From NCBI GenBank assembly GCA_951406725.2, contig OX597841.1:6324001-6388000 (forward strand): a stretch of 64,000 bases of DNA. Direction: 5' to 3'. The position numbers were made by a program, and so were the translations under genes. This stretch comes from Octopus vulgaris. Taxonomy: Eukaryota. Numbering within the stretch: the stretch's first letter is position 1; the number at the start of each line of letters is the position of its first letter. This document shows positions 27,943-41,833 of the stretch, piece after piece. The notes below the pieces were generated by a model that did not search any database, was not told where the DNA came from, and was given only the letters and a program-made list of their open reading frames with translations.

Positions 27943-28751
27943 AGCGATTTCCAGTCGATCATAAATCCTTTAAAAGTTATTTCCATGTGATGTGTAACGT
28001 GCAACAGTTGATCGGAAGCTCCTCTTCCATCTGTGCTGTCTCTACATAAACAATTGCCAATAAATAAATGTTGATCGGTTGAATTCTCTGGTCTAGGTTT
28101 ACCATGTACGGAGAGAGTGTTAATGTACAAGGTGTGGGAATGATTGCACATACTAGGGTTGGTGGCAGGCAAGGAGTAGAAGAATGCTGCACATATTGAG
28201 AGAGGATCATAGAAACAGAGGACACTAGATACGGGGGGGAGTTATACCAACGGGAAATTATTTTTATTTTAGGGTAATAAATACTTTTCTCTTGAAAATT
28301 TGTATTGATTTCTTCATTTTGTATCAGTAAAAGTTAAATTTATAATTATTGTGTGCATGCTATATACCCTGATACTACCCACATCAGCAAAAGTACCCTT
28401 GGAAAGTTTTACTTGCCCTGTGACAGCTAATACTCTAGTTTTTAATAAAAGTTTCCAGAAGAACCCAATGTATTCCTTGAGACACACTTTCAGAAGCGGC
28501 AAAGAATTTCCCTCTGATTTCTTTGACATTGTGGGTTAACACGTAAGAAGTAAACCTGGGATAACATCACTGTACAGTTGGGGGTAAATAAATGAGAAAT
28601 GAATTGTCATAAACCAGTGACAACCAGCATCGATCCATCCATTATCTCTACCCACTTTTCCAGGAAGGGTTGTTGAGGTAAAATCCTCAGGCATCTCCTC
28701 CATGGGGTCCTAACGGAAGCGACTGTCATTACACTCTCCAGCTGGTTTCTG

Positions 28752-29661
28752 AAGCGTTACCCTCTGAGAGTAAGGGCCTTAGCCAACTGTCTGTCCCTCA
28801 AGCATTACCATCTGAGAGTAAGGGCCTTAGCCAACTGTCTGTCCCTCAAGCATTACCATCTGAGAGTAAGGGCCTTAGCCAACTGTCTGTCCCTCAAGCA
28901 TTACCCTCTGAGAGTAAGGGCCTTAGTCAACTGTCTGTCTCTCAAGCATTACCATCTGAGAGTAAGGGCCTTAGCCAACTGTCTGTCCCTCAAGCATTAC
29001 CCTCTGAGAGTAAGGGCCTTAGCCAACTGTCTGTCCCTCAAGCATTACCCTCTGAGAGTAAGGGCCTTAGCCAACTGTCTGTCCCTCAAGCATTACCCTC
29101 TGAGAGTAAGGGCCTTAGCCAACTATCTGTCCCTCAAGCATTACCCTCTGAGAGTAAGGGCCTTAGCCAACTGTCTGTCCCTCAAGCCAACTGTCTGTCC
29201 CTCAGCATTACCCTCTGAGAGTAAGGGCCTTAGTCAACTGTCTGTCCCTCAAGCATTACCCTCTGAGAGTAAGGGCCTTAGCCAACTGTCTGTCCCTCAA
29301 GCATTACCATCTGAGAGTAAGGGCCTTAGTCAACTGTCTGTCCCTCAAGCATTACCCTCTGAGAGTAAGGGCCTTAGCCAACTGTCTGTCCCTCAAGCAT
29401 TACCATCTGAGAGTAAGGGCCTTAGCCAACTGTCTGTCCCTCAAGCATTACCATCTGAGAGTAAGGTCCTTAGCCAACTGTCTGTCCCTCAAGCATTACC
29501 CTCTGAGAGTAAGGGCCTTAGCCAACTGTCTGTCCCTCAAGCATTACCATCAGAGAGTAAGGTCCTTAGCCAACTGTCTGTCCCTCAAGCATTACCCTCT
29601 GAGAGTAAGGGCCTTAGCCAACTGTCTGTCCCTCAAGCATTACCATCTGAGAGTAAGGGCC
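28752..29661. repeat. 48-bp minisatellite, ~19 units
   Basis: AAGCATTACCMTCTGAGAGTAAGGGCCTTAGCCAACTGTCTGTCCCTC head-to-tail with no spacers. Confidence 0.95.
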
Positions 29662-29981
29662 TGTTCTTTTCCTGAGCATCTTTAATTCAGCACAGCTGAA
29701 TGCGTTCTCTCGATCTAGCTTCAGCTTTTGAACATGTATAAAGACAGAACACAAACAAAATCTCTCTCTTTCAAGTGGCATTGAGCAGAGTTAACTTGTC
29801 TCACTTTTTATCTTATTCAGCACCTTGCCAGGCGTACATACCTCTTCCCCGCATATCCATCTCTTTCTAGCACTTACATCTGACACAAACATTACAAAAG
29901 ATCTTTGAGACATTACTGCTGGAAAACAGCCAAATTTACACTGTACCTAATAAGACAAACTAAGATGGATAAATAAAGTCT

Positions 29982-30584
29982 TTAACCCTTTCGTTACCGT
30001 GTTTATTTTGAGATGCTCTGTGTTTCATTCAATTAATTTTAAATATAACAAAGAATTTAGTAAAAGAACTCAGTTATCATTAAACTAGTGTTGGGAACAT
30101 AAATTGTGACTAAGGTTTGGTGGAAGATTTTAATTCAGAACTTACGAAAACAAGATATTTGTACTACAGAGCCAGAGCTGGTTTCAGCCGGGTTTGTATC
30201 GAAAGGGTTAAGAATTGTTTCTCTATTATATATTTTAACCCTTTTGTTACCATATTTCTGGAACTTATGAAAACAAGACATTTGTACTACAAAGCCAGAG
30301 CTGGTTTCAGCCGGGTTGGTAACAAAAGGGTTAAGAATTGTTTCTCTATTATATATTTTAACCCTTTTGTTACCATATTTCTGCTGAGATGCTCTGTGTT
30401 TCATTCAATTAATTTTAAATATAACAAAGAATTTAGTAAAATAACTGTTATCATTAAGCTAATGTAAGGAACATAAATTGTGACGATGATTTGGTGGAAG
30501 ATTTTAATTCAATACTTATGAAAGTAAGACATTTGTACTACAGAGCCAGAGACGGTTTCCGCCGGGTTGGTATCAAAAGGGTTA
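29982..30584. mobile_element. Three tandem TTAA-flanked piggyBac-like non-autonomous elements
   Basis: TTAA|CCCTTT...AAAGGG|TTAA units at about 29982-30211, 30235-30334 and 30358-30584. Confidence 0.65.
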
Positions 30585-30954
30585 AGAGTATACTTTTTCC
30601 CTGCTCTTAATTCTTTTGGTGCATATCACTGTTCCAACCAAACTTTCAGGGTCTCTTGCAATGGGTTCCACAAGGTAAAAAAAAGATGTGGCCGACGAAA
30701 AGAAATGTGACGGAGAACAGTAACAAAAGATCTTAAAAGCAGAGGGGTTAACATTGGAACAAGCTGCCAGGGATCTTTCAGGGTTGGAAAGTCGAAGGAT
30801 TTTGCTGTCACCTGATATGCCACAAAGCACGATGAGAACCAGATGAAAAGATGAACGATAGAATCCGCAGCAGAAGAAATCAGAAAAATGCCTCCGTGTT
30901 TCTGCTGTTGCTCAGTATGATTGTGAAGAATTGGTCTGTTTCATTCTAGATATA

Positions 30955-31870
30955 TAGGCGCAGGAGTGGCTGTGTGGTAAAGTAGCTTGCTTACGAACCA
31001 CATGGTTCTGGGTTCAGTCCCACTGCGTGGCACCTGAGGCAAGTGTCTTCTACTATAGACTCGGGCCGACCAAAGCCTTCTGAGTGGATTTGGTAGACGG
31101 AAACTGAAAGAAGCCCGTCGTATATATATATAGGCGCAGGAGTGGCTGTGTGGTAAAGTAGCTTGCTTACGAACCACATGGTTCTGGGTTCAGTCCCACT
31201 GCGTGGTACCTTGGGCAAGTGCCTTCTACTATAGCCTAGGGCCGACCAAAGCCTTGTGAGTGGATTTGGTAGATGGAAACTGAAAGAAGCCCGTCGTATA
31301 TATATATAGGCGCAGGAGTGGCTGTGTGGGAAAGTAGCTAGCTTACGAACCACATGGTTCTGGGTTCAGTCCCACTGCGTGGTATCTTGGGCAAGTGTCT
31401 TCTGCTATAGCCCTGGGCCGACCAATGCCTTGTGAGTGGATTTGGTAGACGGAAATTGAAAGAAGCTCGTCGTATATATATATAGGCGCAGGAGTGGCTG
31501 TGTGGGAAAGTAGCTAGCTTACGAACTACATGGTTCTGGGTTCAGTCCCACTGCGTGGCACCTTCGGCAAGTGTCTTCTACTATAGCCTCGGGCCGACCA
31601 AAGCCTTGTGAGTGGATTTGGTAGACAGAAACTAAAAGAAGCCCGTCGTATATATATATATATGTATGTATGTGTGTGTGTGTGTTTGTTCCACCACCAT
31701 CACTTGACAACCGATGTTAGTGTGTTTATGTCCCTATAACTTTGCAGATTGGCAAAAGAGACTGATGGAATAAGTACTAGGCATACAAAGAGTAAGTCCT
31801 GGGGTCGATTTCTTTGACTAAAAGCAGTGCTCCAGCATGGCTGCACTTCAATAACTGAAAGAAGACTAAA
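30955..31870 (+). repeat. Four tandem family A SINE heads (~176 bp) followed by one tail
   Basis: Heads at about 30955, 31130, 31306 and 31482. Confidence 0.9.
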
Positions 31871-32030
31871 AAAAATTCCAATATATGTAAGACAGCTATT
31901 CCAGGTCTGAAAAATATTCATGAGACGGGGCTGAAAAGATCCCGTTTTTCTTGCAGAACAAATTGGGGTTTGCTGCGATGCATGCTTGCTTTGTTTCTAA
32001 CCAGCCACCAGACTTCTCCAGATTCTGTAC

Positions 32031-35000
32031 ATAGGCGCAGGGGTGGCTGTGTGGTAAGTAGCTTGCTTACCAACCACATGGTTCTGGGTTCAGTCCCACT
32101 GCGTGGCATCTTGGGCAAGTGTCTTCTGCTATAGCCCTGGGCCGACCAATGCCTTGTGAGTGAATTTGGTAGATGGAAACTGGAAGAAGCCCATCGTATG
32201 TATGTATATATATATATCATAGGCGCAGGAGTGGCTGTGTGGTAAGTAGCTTGCTTACCAACCACATGGTTCCGGGTTCAGTCCCACTGCGTGGCATCTT
32301 GGGCAAGTGTCTTCTGCTATAGCCCTGGGCCGACCAATGCCTTGTGAGTGGATTTGGTAGATGGAAACTGGAAGAAGCCCATCGTATGTGTGTATATATA
32401 TATATCATAGGTGTAGGAGTGGCTGTGTGGTAAGTAGCTTGCTAACCAACCACATGGTTCTGGGTTCAGTCCCACTGCGTGGCATCTTGGGCAAGTGTCT
32501 TCTGCTATAGCCCTGGGCCGACCAATGCCTTGTGAGTGGATTTGGTAGATGGAAACTGGAAGAAGCCCATCGTATGTATGTATATATATATATCATAGGC
32601 GCAGGAGTGGCTGTGTGGTAAGTAGCTTGCTTACCAACCACATGGTTCCGGGTTCAGTCCCACTGCGTGGCATCTTGGGCAAGTGTCTTCTGCTATAGCC
32701 CTGGGCCGACCAATGCCTTGTGAGTGGATTTGGTAGATGGAAACTGGAAGAAGCCCATCGTATGTATGTATATATATATATCATAGGCGCAGGAGTCGCT
32801 GTGTGGTAAGTAGCTTGCTAACCAACCACATGGTTCTGGGTTCAGTCCCACTGCGTGGCATCTTGGGCAAGTGTCTTCTGCTATAGCCCTGGGCCGACCA
32901 ATGCCTTGTGAGTGGATTTGGTAGATGGAAACTGGAAGAAGCCCATCGTATGTATGTATATATATATATCATAGGCGCAGGAGTGGCTGTGTGGTAAGTA
33001 GCTTGCTAACCAACCACATGGTTCTGGGTTCAGTCCCACTGCGTGGCATCTTGGGCAAGTGTCTTCTGCTATAGCCCTGGGCCGACCAATGCCTTGTGAG
33101 TGGATTTGGTAGATGGAAACTGGAAGAAGCCCATCGTATGTATGTATATATATATATCATAGGTGTAGGAGTGGTTGTGTGGTAAGTAGCTTGCTAACCA
33201 ACCACATGGTTCCGGGTTCAGTCCCACTGCGTGGCATCTTGGGCAAGTGTCTTCTGCTATAGCCTCGGGCCGACCAATGCCTTGTGAGTGGATTTGGTAG
33301 ATGGAAACTGGAAGAAGCCCATCGTATGTATGTATATATATATATCATAGGTGTAGGAGTGGTTGTGTGGTAAGTAGCTTGCTTACCAACCACATGGTTC
33401 TGGGTTCAGTCCCACTGCGTGGCATCTTGGGCAAGTGTCTTCTGCTATAGCCCCGGGCTGACCAATGCCTTGTTAGTGGATTTGGTAGACGGAAACTGAA
33501 AGAAGCCCGTCGTATATATATATAGGCGCAGGAGTGGCTGTGTGGTAAGTAGCTTGCTAACCAACCACATGGTTCTGGGTTCAGTCCCACTGCGTGGAAT
33601 CTTGGGCAAGTGTCTTCTGCTATAGCCTCGGGCCGACCAATGCCTTGTGAGTGGATTTGGTAGATGGAAACTGGAAGAAGCCCATCGTATGTATGTATAT
33701 ATATATATCATAGGTGTAGGAGTGGTTGTGTGGTAAGTAGCTTGCTTACCAACCACATGGTTCTGGGTTCAGTCCCACTGCGTGGCATCTTGGGCAAGTG
33801 TCTTCTGCTATAGCCCCGGGCTGACCAATGCCTTGTTAGTGGATTTAGTAGACGGAAACTGAAAGAAGCCCGTCGTATATATATATAGGCGCAGGAGTGG
33901 CTGTGTGGTAAGTAGCCTGCTAACCAACCACATGGTTCTGGGTTCAGTCCCACTGCGTGGCATCTTGGGCAAGTGTCTTCTGCTATAGCCCTGGGCCGAC
34001 CAATGCCTTGTGAGTGGATTTGGTTGACGGAAACTGGAAGAAGCCCATCGTATGTATGTATATATATATATCATAGGTGTAGGAGTGGTTGTGTGGTAAG
34101 TAGCTTGCTTACCAACCACATGGTTCTGGGTTCAGTCCCACTGCGTGGCATCTTGGGCAAGTGTCTTCTGCTATAGCCCTGGGCCGACCAATGCCTTGTG
34201 AGTGGATTTGGTAGATGGAAACTGGAAGAAGCCCATCGTATGTATGTATATATATATATCATAGGCGCAGGAGTGGCTGTGTGGTAAGTAGCTTGCTTAC
34301 CAACCACATGGTTCCGGGTTCAGTCCCACTGCGTGGCATCTTGGGCAAGTGTCTTCTGCTATAGCCCTGGGCCGACCAATGCCTTGTGAGTGGATTTGGT
34401 AGATGGAAACTGGAAGAAGCCCATCGTATGTGTGTATATATATATATCATAGGTGTAGGAGTGGCTGTGTGGTAAGTAGCTTGCTTACCAACCACATGGT
34501 TCCGGGTTCAGTCCCACTGCGTGGCATCTTGGGCAAGTGTCTTCTGCTATAGCCCTGGGCCGACCAATGCCTTGTGAGTGGATTTGGTAGATGGAAACTG
34601 GAAGAAGCCCATCGTATATATGTATATATATATATCATAGGCGCAGGAGTGGCTGTGTGGTAAGTAGCTTGCTAACCAACCACATGGTTCTGGGTTCAGT
34701 CCCACTGCGTGGCATCTTGGGCAAGTGTCTTCTGCTATAGCCCTGGGCCGACCAATGCCTTGTGAGTGGATTTGGTAGATGGAAACTGGAAGAAGCCCAT
34801 CGTATGTATGTATATATATATATATCATAGGTGTAGGAGTGGTTGTGTGGTAAGTAGCTTGCTAACCAACCACATGGTTCCGGGTTCAGTCCCACTGCGT
34901 GGCATCTTGGGCAAGTGTCTTCTGCTATAGCCTCGGGCCGACCAATGCCTTGTGAGTGGATTTGGTAGATGGAAACTGGAAGAAGCCCATCGTATGTATG

Positions 35001-36292
35001 TATATATATATATCATAGGTGTAGGAGTGGTTGTGTGGTAAGTAGCTTGCTTACCAACCACATGGTTCTGGGTTCAGTCCCACTGCGTGGCATCTTGGGC
35101 AAGTGTCTTCTGCTATAGCCCCGGGCTGACCAATGCCTTGTTAGTGGATTTAGTAGACGGAAACTGAAAGAAGCCCGTCGTATATATATATAGGCGCAGG
35201 AGTGGCTGTGTGGTAAGTAGCCTGCTAACCAACCACATGGTTCTGGGTTCAGTCCCACTGCGTGGCATCTTGGGCAAGTGTCTTCTGCTATAGCCCTGGG
35301 CCGACCAATGCCTTGTGAGTGGATTTGGTTGACGGAAACTGGAAGAAGCCCATCGTATGTATGTATATATATATATCATAGGTGTAGGAGTGGTTGTGTG
35401 GTAAGTAGCTTGCTTACCAACCACATGGTTCTGGGTTCAGTCCCACTGCGTGGCATCTTGGGCAAGTGTCTTCTGCTATAGCCCTGGGCCGACCAATGCC
35501 TTGTGAGTGGATTTGGTAGACGGAAACTGGAAGAAGCCCATCGTATGTATGTATATATATATATCATAGGTGTAGGAGTGGTTGTGTGGTAAGTAGCTTG
35601 CTAACCAACCACATGGTTCCGGGTTCAGTCCCACTGCGTGGCATCTTGGGCAAGTGTCTTCTGCTATAGCCCTGGGCCGACCAATGCCTTGTGAGTGGAT
35701 TTGGTAGACGGAAACTGGAAGAAGCCCATCGTATGTATATATATATATATCATAGGTGTAGGAGTGGCTGTGTGGTAAGTAGCTTGCTTACCAACCACAT
35801 GGTTCCGGGTTCAGTCCCACTGCGTGGCATCTTGGGCAAGTGTCTTCTGCTATAGCCTCAGGCCGACCAATGCCTTGTGAGTGGATTTGGTAGACGGAAA
35901 CTGGAAGAAGCCCATCGTATGTATGTATATATATATATCATAGGTGTAGGAGTGGTTGTGTGGTAAGTAGCTTGCTAACCAACCACATGGTTCTGGGTTC
36001 AGTCCCACTGCGTGGCATCTTGGGCAAGTGTCTTCTGCTATAGCCCTGGGCCGACCAATGCCTTGTGAGTGGATTTGGTAGACGGAAACTGGAAGAAGCC
36101 CATCGTATGTATGTATATATATATATCATAGGTGTAGGAGTGGTTGTGTGGTAAGTAGCTTGCTAACCAACCACATGGTTCTGGGTTCAGTCCCACTGCA
36201 TGGCACCTTGGGCAAGTGTCTTCTGCTATACCCCTGGGCCGACCAATGCCTTGTGAGTGGATTTGGTAGACGGAAACTGAAAGAAGCCTGTC

Positions 36293-36360
<68 letters not shown>

Positions 36361-36556
36361 TTGTGTGTCTGTGTTTGTTCCCCTAGCATTGCTTGACAAC
36401 CGATGCTGGTGTGTTTACGTCCCCGTCACTTAGCGGTTCGGCAAAAAGAGACCGATAGAATAAGTACTGGGCTTACAAAAAGAATAAGTCCCGGGGTCGA
36501 GTTGCTCTACTAAAGGTGGTGCTCCAGCATGGCTGAAACGAGTAAAAGAGTAAAGA
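32031..36556 (+). repeat. Satellite of 23 SINE heads (188/175-bp units) ending in a complete SINE
   Basis: Unit starts at 32031, 32219 ... 36128; each retains A/B-box-like motifs. Confidence 0.95.
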
Positions 36557-36619
36557 GATCTCGTTATTCTGCAGCACTGCATTTGATAAACGAACATCAT
36601 TCAACTTTCTCCTGGCGAT

Positions 36620-36812
36620 ATTACTCTTTTACTCTTGTTTCAGTCATTTGACTGCGGCCATGCTGGAGCACCGCCTTTAGTCGAGCAACTCGACCCCGGG
36701 ACTTAATCTTTGTAAGCCTAGTACTTATTCTATCGGTCTCTTTTGCCGAACCGCTAAGTGACGGGGACGTAAACACACCAGCATCGGTTGTCAAGCAATG
36801 CTAGGGGGACTA

Positions 36813-36843
<31 letters not shown>

Positions 36844-36976
36844 CGACAGGCTTCTTTCAGTTTCCATCTACCAAATCCACTCACAAGGCATTGGTCGGCC
36901 TGGGGCTATAGCAGAAGACACTAGCCCAAGGTGCCACGCAGTGGGACTGAACCCGGAACCATGTGGTTGGTTAGCA
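36620..36976 (-). mobile_element. Family A SINE, 5'-truncated
   Basis: Reverse-complement match to the family. Confidence 0.85.
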
Positions 36977-37440
36977 CAGTGATTTATAACGAAATGTTGT
37001 GCCCAACAAAACCTGGGTAATGACAAAAAGAGTATGAACACAAATACAACTTTTAGCTACACAGAATGAAGAAATGAATACAAATTTTCAAAAGAAAAGT
37101 ATTTATTACCCTAAAATAAAAATAATTTCCCGTTGGTATAACTCCCCCCCGTATCTAGTGTCCTCTGTTTCTATGATCCTCTCTCAATATGAGCAGCATT
37201 CTTCTACTCCTTGCCTGCCACCAACCCTAGTATGTGCAATCATTCCCACACCTTGTACATTAACACTCTCTCCGTACATGGTAAACCTAGACCAGAGAAT
37301 TCAACCGATCAACATTTATTTATTGGCAATTGTTTATGTAGAGACAGCACAGATGGAAGAGGAGCTTCCGATCAACTGTTGCACGTTACACATCACATGG
37401 AAATAACTTTTAAAGGATTTATGATCGACTGGAAATCGCT

Positions 37441-38874
37441 TTATGCTTTTTCTCCACATTTGTGTGTAGTGAGGGTATTTGGATGAGAGAAAGATTTACC
37501 ACAGCTGTCACAGTGATATGGTTTCTCTCCTGTGTGAATACGTCTGTGTTTAGTTAAGTGACTGCTTTGAGAGAATGATTCACCACAGATATCACAGTGA
37601 AATGGCTTCTCTCCTGTATGAATACGTTTGTGTTTAGTAAAATCGCTACTTCGAGCGAATGATTTACCACAGATATCACAGTGATATGGTTTCTCTCCTG
37701 TATGAATGCGTTTGTGTATAGTTAAGAGATTTTTTTCAGGGAATGATTTACCACAGATATCACAATGAAATGGCTTCTCCCCTGTATGAATTCTGTTGTG
37801 TCTAGTCAAGTCCCCACTTCCAGAGAATGATTTACCACAGATATCACAGTGATACTGTCTGATTCCAGTGTGAGTAATTTTGTGTTTTTTTAAGTCACAG
37901 GTCTGAGAGAATGATTTAGCACAGATGTCACAGCTGTGAGGTCTCTCTCCTGTATGACTACGTTTGTGGACAGTTGAGCCATATTTTTGAGAGAATGATT
38001 TGCCACAGACATCACAGTGATATGGCTTCTCACCTGTATGAACGCTTTTGTGATCAGTTACATGACGTGCCTGGGAGAATGATTTACCACAGATTTCACA
38101 GTGAAATGGCTTCTCTCCGGTATGAATACGTTTGTGGACAACTAAGCCAGATTTTTGAGAGAATGATTTACCACAGATACCACAGGGAAATGGTTTCTCT
38201 CCTGTATGAATCTGTTTGTGAAAAGATAAGTGATGATTACGAGAGAATGATTTACCACAGATATCACATTGATATGGCCTCTCTCCTGTATGAATGTGTT
38301 TATGAGTGGCTACGTGACCACTCCCAGTGAATGATTTACCACAGATATCACAGTGATAAGGTTTTTCTCCAGTATGAATGCGTTTGTGAGCCTTTAGCAC
38401 ATAACTCCCAATGAAGGATTTGCCACAGATATCACAATGAAATGGTCTCTCCCCTGTATGGATGCGTTTGTGCACAGTAACTTGGTTGCCTTGTGAAAAG
38501 GATTTACCACAGATATCACAATGATATGGTTTCTCTCCTGTGTGAGTGCGATTGTGAGCTTTTAAGTCACCACTTTGTGTGAAAGATCTCCCACAGATAT
38601 CACAGCTGTAAGGTTTCTCTCCTGTGTGAATACGTTTGTGTACATTTAGGTGATTTTTTAACAAGAATAAACTACCACATATATCACAGTGGTATGGCTT
38701 TTCTCCTGTATGAATGCGTTTGTGAATAGTCAGGTTACGTTGTTTCTGGAATGTCTTTGTACAAATATCACAGTGATATGAAGTTTTGCCCTTCTTCTTT
38801 TTCAACATCTCATCAGGTAAACCACTCCCTTGGCTTTCTTTCTTCACATTCAATGCAGCACAAACCCCAGACAT
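37441..38874 (-). CDS. C2H2 zinc-finger protein, 16 fingers (last is C2HC); paralog of 27097-27942
   Basis: 477 aa, exactly 7x28 aa longer than the paralog; near-identical N-terminus, last finger and flanks. Confidence 0.95.
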   Translation of the reverse strand: MSGVCAALNVKKESQGSGLPDEMLKKKKGKTSYHCDICTKTFQKQRNLTIHKRIHTGEKPYHCDICGSLFLLKNHLNVHKRIHTGEKPYSCDICGRSFTQSGDLKAHNRTHTGEKPYHCDICGKSFSQGNQVTVHKRIHTGERPFHCDICGKSFIGSYVLKAHKRIHTGEKPYHCDICGKSFTGSGHVATHKHIHTGERPYQCDICGKSFSRNHHLSFHKQIHTGEKPFPCGICGKSFSQKSGLVVHKRIHTGEKPFHCEICGKSFSQARHVTDHKSVHTGEKPYHCDVCGKSFSQKYGSTVHKRSHTGERPHSCDICAKSFSQTCDLKKHKITHTGIRQYHCDICGKSFSGSGDLTRHNRIHTGEKPFHCDICGKSFPEKNLLTIHKRIHTGEKPYHCDICGKSFARSSDFTKHKRIHTGEKPFHCDICGESFSQSSHLTKHRRIHTGEKPYHCDSCGKSFSHPNTLTTHKCGEKA

Positions 38875-39409
38875 TTCCCATAGACTTCCTCTCTTTCTTA
38901 GGATGTCTTTTCCTTTCTCTATTTTTATATTGTATTTCTAACAAATATCCTCGTCCTCTGGAAATATTTCATGGCAATTCCATCACAGGTTTATATGAAT
39001 ATAGTTACATCTGCTTTGTATAACAGGTTCCTTTATTCTTTAAACCATCGTCTTAAGATACAATGCCTCTGCTGCCAATACCATCAGACATTCTGAAAGA
39101 ACAGAGAAACAAAACAATATAAGTTTTATGAGACAATTAATAATTAATTAAACAGCAGACATTCAACAGTGGAAATTTAACAATTCTTTACTGACAAGCT
39201 TTGGACATGACACCTGATTGCTTTCAAATTAAATCATAGAAACTTGTGCTAAGATCCCTAATGCATCTTTGGGCTTCAATATCTATGCCACTAAAGAACG
39301 TGGTAAATAGCTTGCTTACCAAACACTTGGGTCCAGGTTCGTTCCCGCTGCATGGCAGCTTGGGCAAGTGTCTTCTACTATAGCCTGAAAGACTGAAAGA
39401 AGCCCGTCG

Positions 39410-39446
<37 letters not shown>

Positions 39447-39567
39447 CTGTGTTTGTCCCTTTAGCATTGCATGACAACCGATGCTGGTGTGTTTACGTCC
39501 CCGTCACTTAGCGGTTCGGCAAAAGAGACCGATAGAATAAGTACTGGGTTTACAAAAAAATAACCTC

Positions 39568-39613
<46 letters not shown>

Positions 39614-39790
39614 ACTTTCTTGAAATGTATCCGGTACTTCCGGTACCTATACCGAAGTTACGCCTAAATTCTTTTTTTAAATAACACACTACCTGTTTCT
39701 GGTACCCCCATCACACTCTAAAAACGTCGTTTAACGTTCTTCTTATAACATTCAACCGAATTTGTATGAATATTTGTTATAAGAAAAATA

Positions 39791-40571
39791 CCTTAAATCC
39801 TCGAGTATAATCCGCATTTTTTCCCCCCCCAAAATTTAAAGGTCAAAATCCCTAGTGCGTACTATATACAAGGTTAAAAATAAAAATTATTTTCTAAGCA
39901 ATGTCCGAGTCCTTATTTGCTGTCCGGCAATGTTTATTCAGACGCATTTTGTGATGTCGGGTGCGAAAATACCTTAAGCTAAGCCTGAAAGCAATGAAGT
40001 CATAAAAGAATCGTCCATAACTTGCAGTAAGCAACATTTATTGAACATTATTACTGTTATTTCTTTATTTTATGCAAACAAAATGAACTAAAAAGCTACA
40101 CGTTTGCATCATGTTAAATATACAATAATAATAAAGGACGTTACCGTACACATTTTTACAAACCAAGGACGTTATATGGACCTCCTTGACTCAAATTAGA
40201 GAAGGGGTGCGTATTATACACCAGGTTTAGGTTTTTCAGAGGTACAGCCCCCTAAAAATCCTCTGCGTATTATACCCAAGGGTGCGAAAATACCTTAAGC
40301 TAAGCCTGAAAGCAATGAAGTCATAAAAGAATCGTCCGTAACTTGCAATAAGCAACATTTATTAAACGTTATTACTGTTATTTCTTTATTTTCTGCAAAC
40401 AAAATGAACTAAAAAGCTACACGTTTGCATTATGTTATATATATATACAATAATAATAAAGGACGTAATTGTATACAATAACAATAAAGGTTTAGGTTTT
40501 TCAGAGGTACAGCCCCCTAAAAATCCCCGGTGTATTATGCTCAAGGTCGGACTATACTCGAGGATTTACGG
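39791..40571. mobile_element. Tc1/pogo-like MITE
   Basis: TA|CCTTAAATCCTCGAGTATA...TATACTCGAGGATTTACGG|TA with an internal tandem duplication. Confidence 0.75.
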
Positions 40572-41089
40572 TAGTAGTTAACGGATCGACTAGTCACGAC
40601 TAGCTAGCGCGGATGCGCGAGTACGAGAGTGCGCGCACCGGGACCACTCTTTTTAAATAGTACCTTCTTTTGGGCCACCCTGTATACATGTACATTTTGA
40701 TACGCGTGGTGTACATATTCTTTACCTCTACCCTGGAGTTTATGGCTGTTTTGTTTACGTTTTCGTTCCCAGTACCCTTTTCGTATCCCGTGAGGTATGG
40801 GACTTCGCAAGACAGCTGCTCTGAGACTGATTCATAAAAGGTCACCAGTTGCTAAAAGACAATATTGAAATGCGGCGGACTAACTTCGAGGGTCGCCGTT
40901 CTCAGTATTTAAGACGACGGCAGGGTATAATTTAAGGGTAATTTAGCAGCTATTTCTAGTTCGCTAGATTTCAGGGGCTGTTACGAACATCATGACAGAT
41001 CAAAGAAACAAACAAAAGAGAAGAAACATTATATTGATCGAAGAACGAAGAGAATATGATCGAATGAGAAGAACAACGTGAATAACAAA

Positions 41090-41722
41090 GCCATTACCTG
41101 GCGTGTATCAGAATATTATCTGGAAACGGGCGAATATTATCTGGAAATAACTTGAGTCTGTGTATAGATACAGAGGTTATATTATATAGAACTCATTTTC
41201 CATTCTGTTGTGTTCTATATATAATAAAAAGTTGCTGTTCGGATGAATGCGAGTTAATTTAGCGACACGTAATTACAGCCAAGTGCCCTCCCTGCGCGCT
41301 GTATTGGACATCTGACTGAGCATGCGCATTACTAATGTCGGAGGGCCGAGACGAAAATGAAAATACGAACGGTGAGACTAATTTTGCCTTTGTATTCTTT
41401 TCATATGACACCGCAAAAAAATTGTTGTTGACAGACTTCGGCAGATATTGTTTTCACCTCAATAGACGTCGTTGATTGGTTGAAATTGCCGAAATGCAAG
41501 AAATTAAACAACAAATATGTTACAAACTACAGAATTTTCTCAATAAAGCCAAGAGAAAAAGATGTTTTATGTAACACATTCTTCCAGTGTACGAAGTTTA
41601 AAAGTGTTTAGTTGCTGTTCGGATAAATGTGATTTAAGTTAGCGACACGTAATTACAGCCAGGTGCCCTCCCTGCGCGCTGTAATGGACATCTGGTTGAG
41701 CATGCGCATTACTAATGTCGGA
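41090..41722 (-). promoter_or_regulatory. Putative promoter and first exon of the 16-finger ZNF gene, promoter block duplicated
   Basis: Minus-strand TGCGCATGCTCA at ~41320 and ~41700; donor CAG|GTAATG at 41097; intron start homologous to 24490-24640. Confidence 0.55.
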
Positions 41723-41833
41723 CAACAGTGAGACTAATTTAAGCCTCAATTTTGCCCTTATATATATATATATATATATATACAAGGGCCACCCTCGTCT
41801 ACACACAAATACAGAGGCATACTTTGTTTTACG

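Noticed and set aside
28752-29661. CRISPR array or tandem ribozyme
   Set aside because: No unique spacers and no cas genes in a eukaryotic context; the unit has CTGAGAG but no CTGANGA/GAAA core.
31918-36396. Family of repeated 63-103-aa ORFs
   Set aside because: Antisense translations of tandem SINE heads.
26948-39023. Antisense and alternate-frame ORFs shared by the two ZNF loci
   Set aside because: By-products of finger periodicity and the recent inverted duplication.
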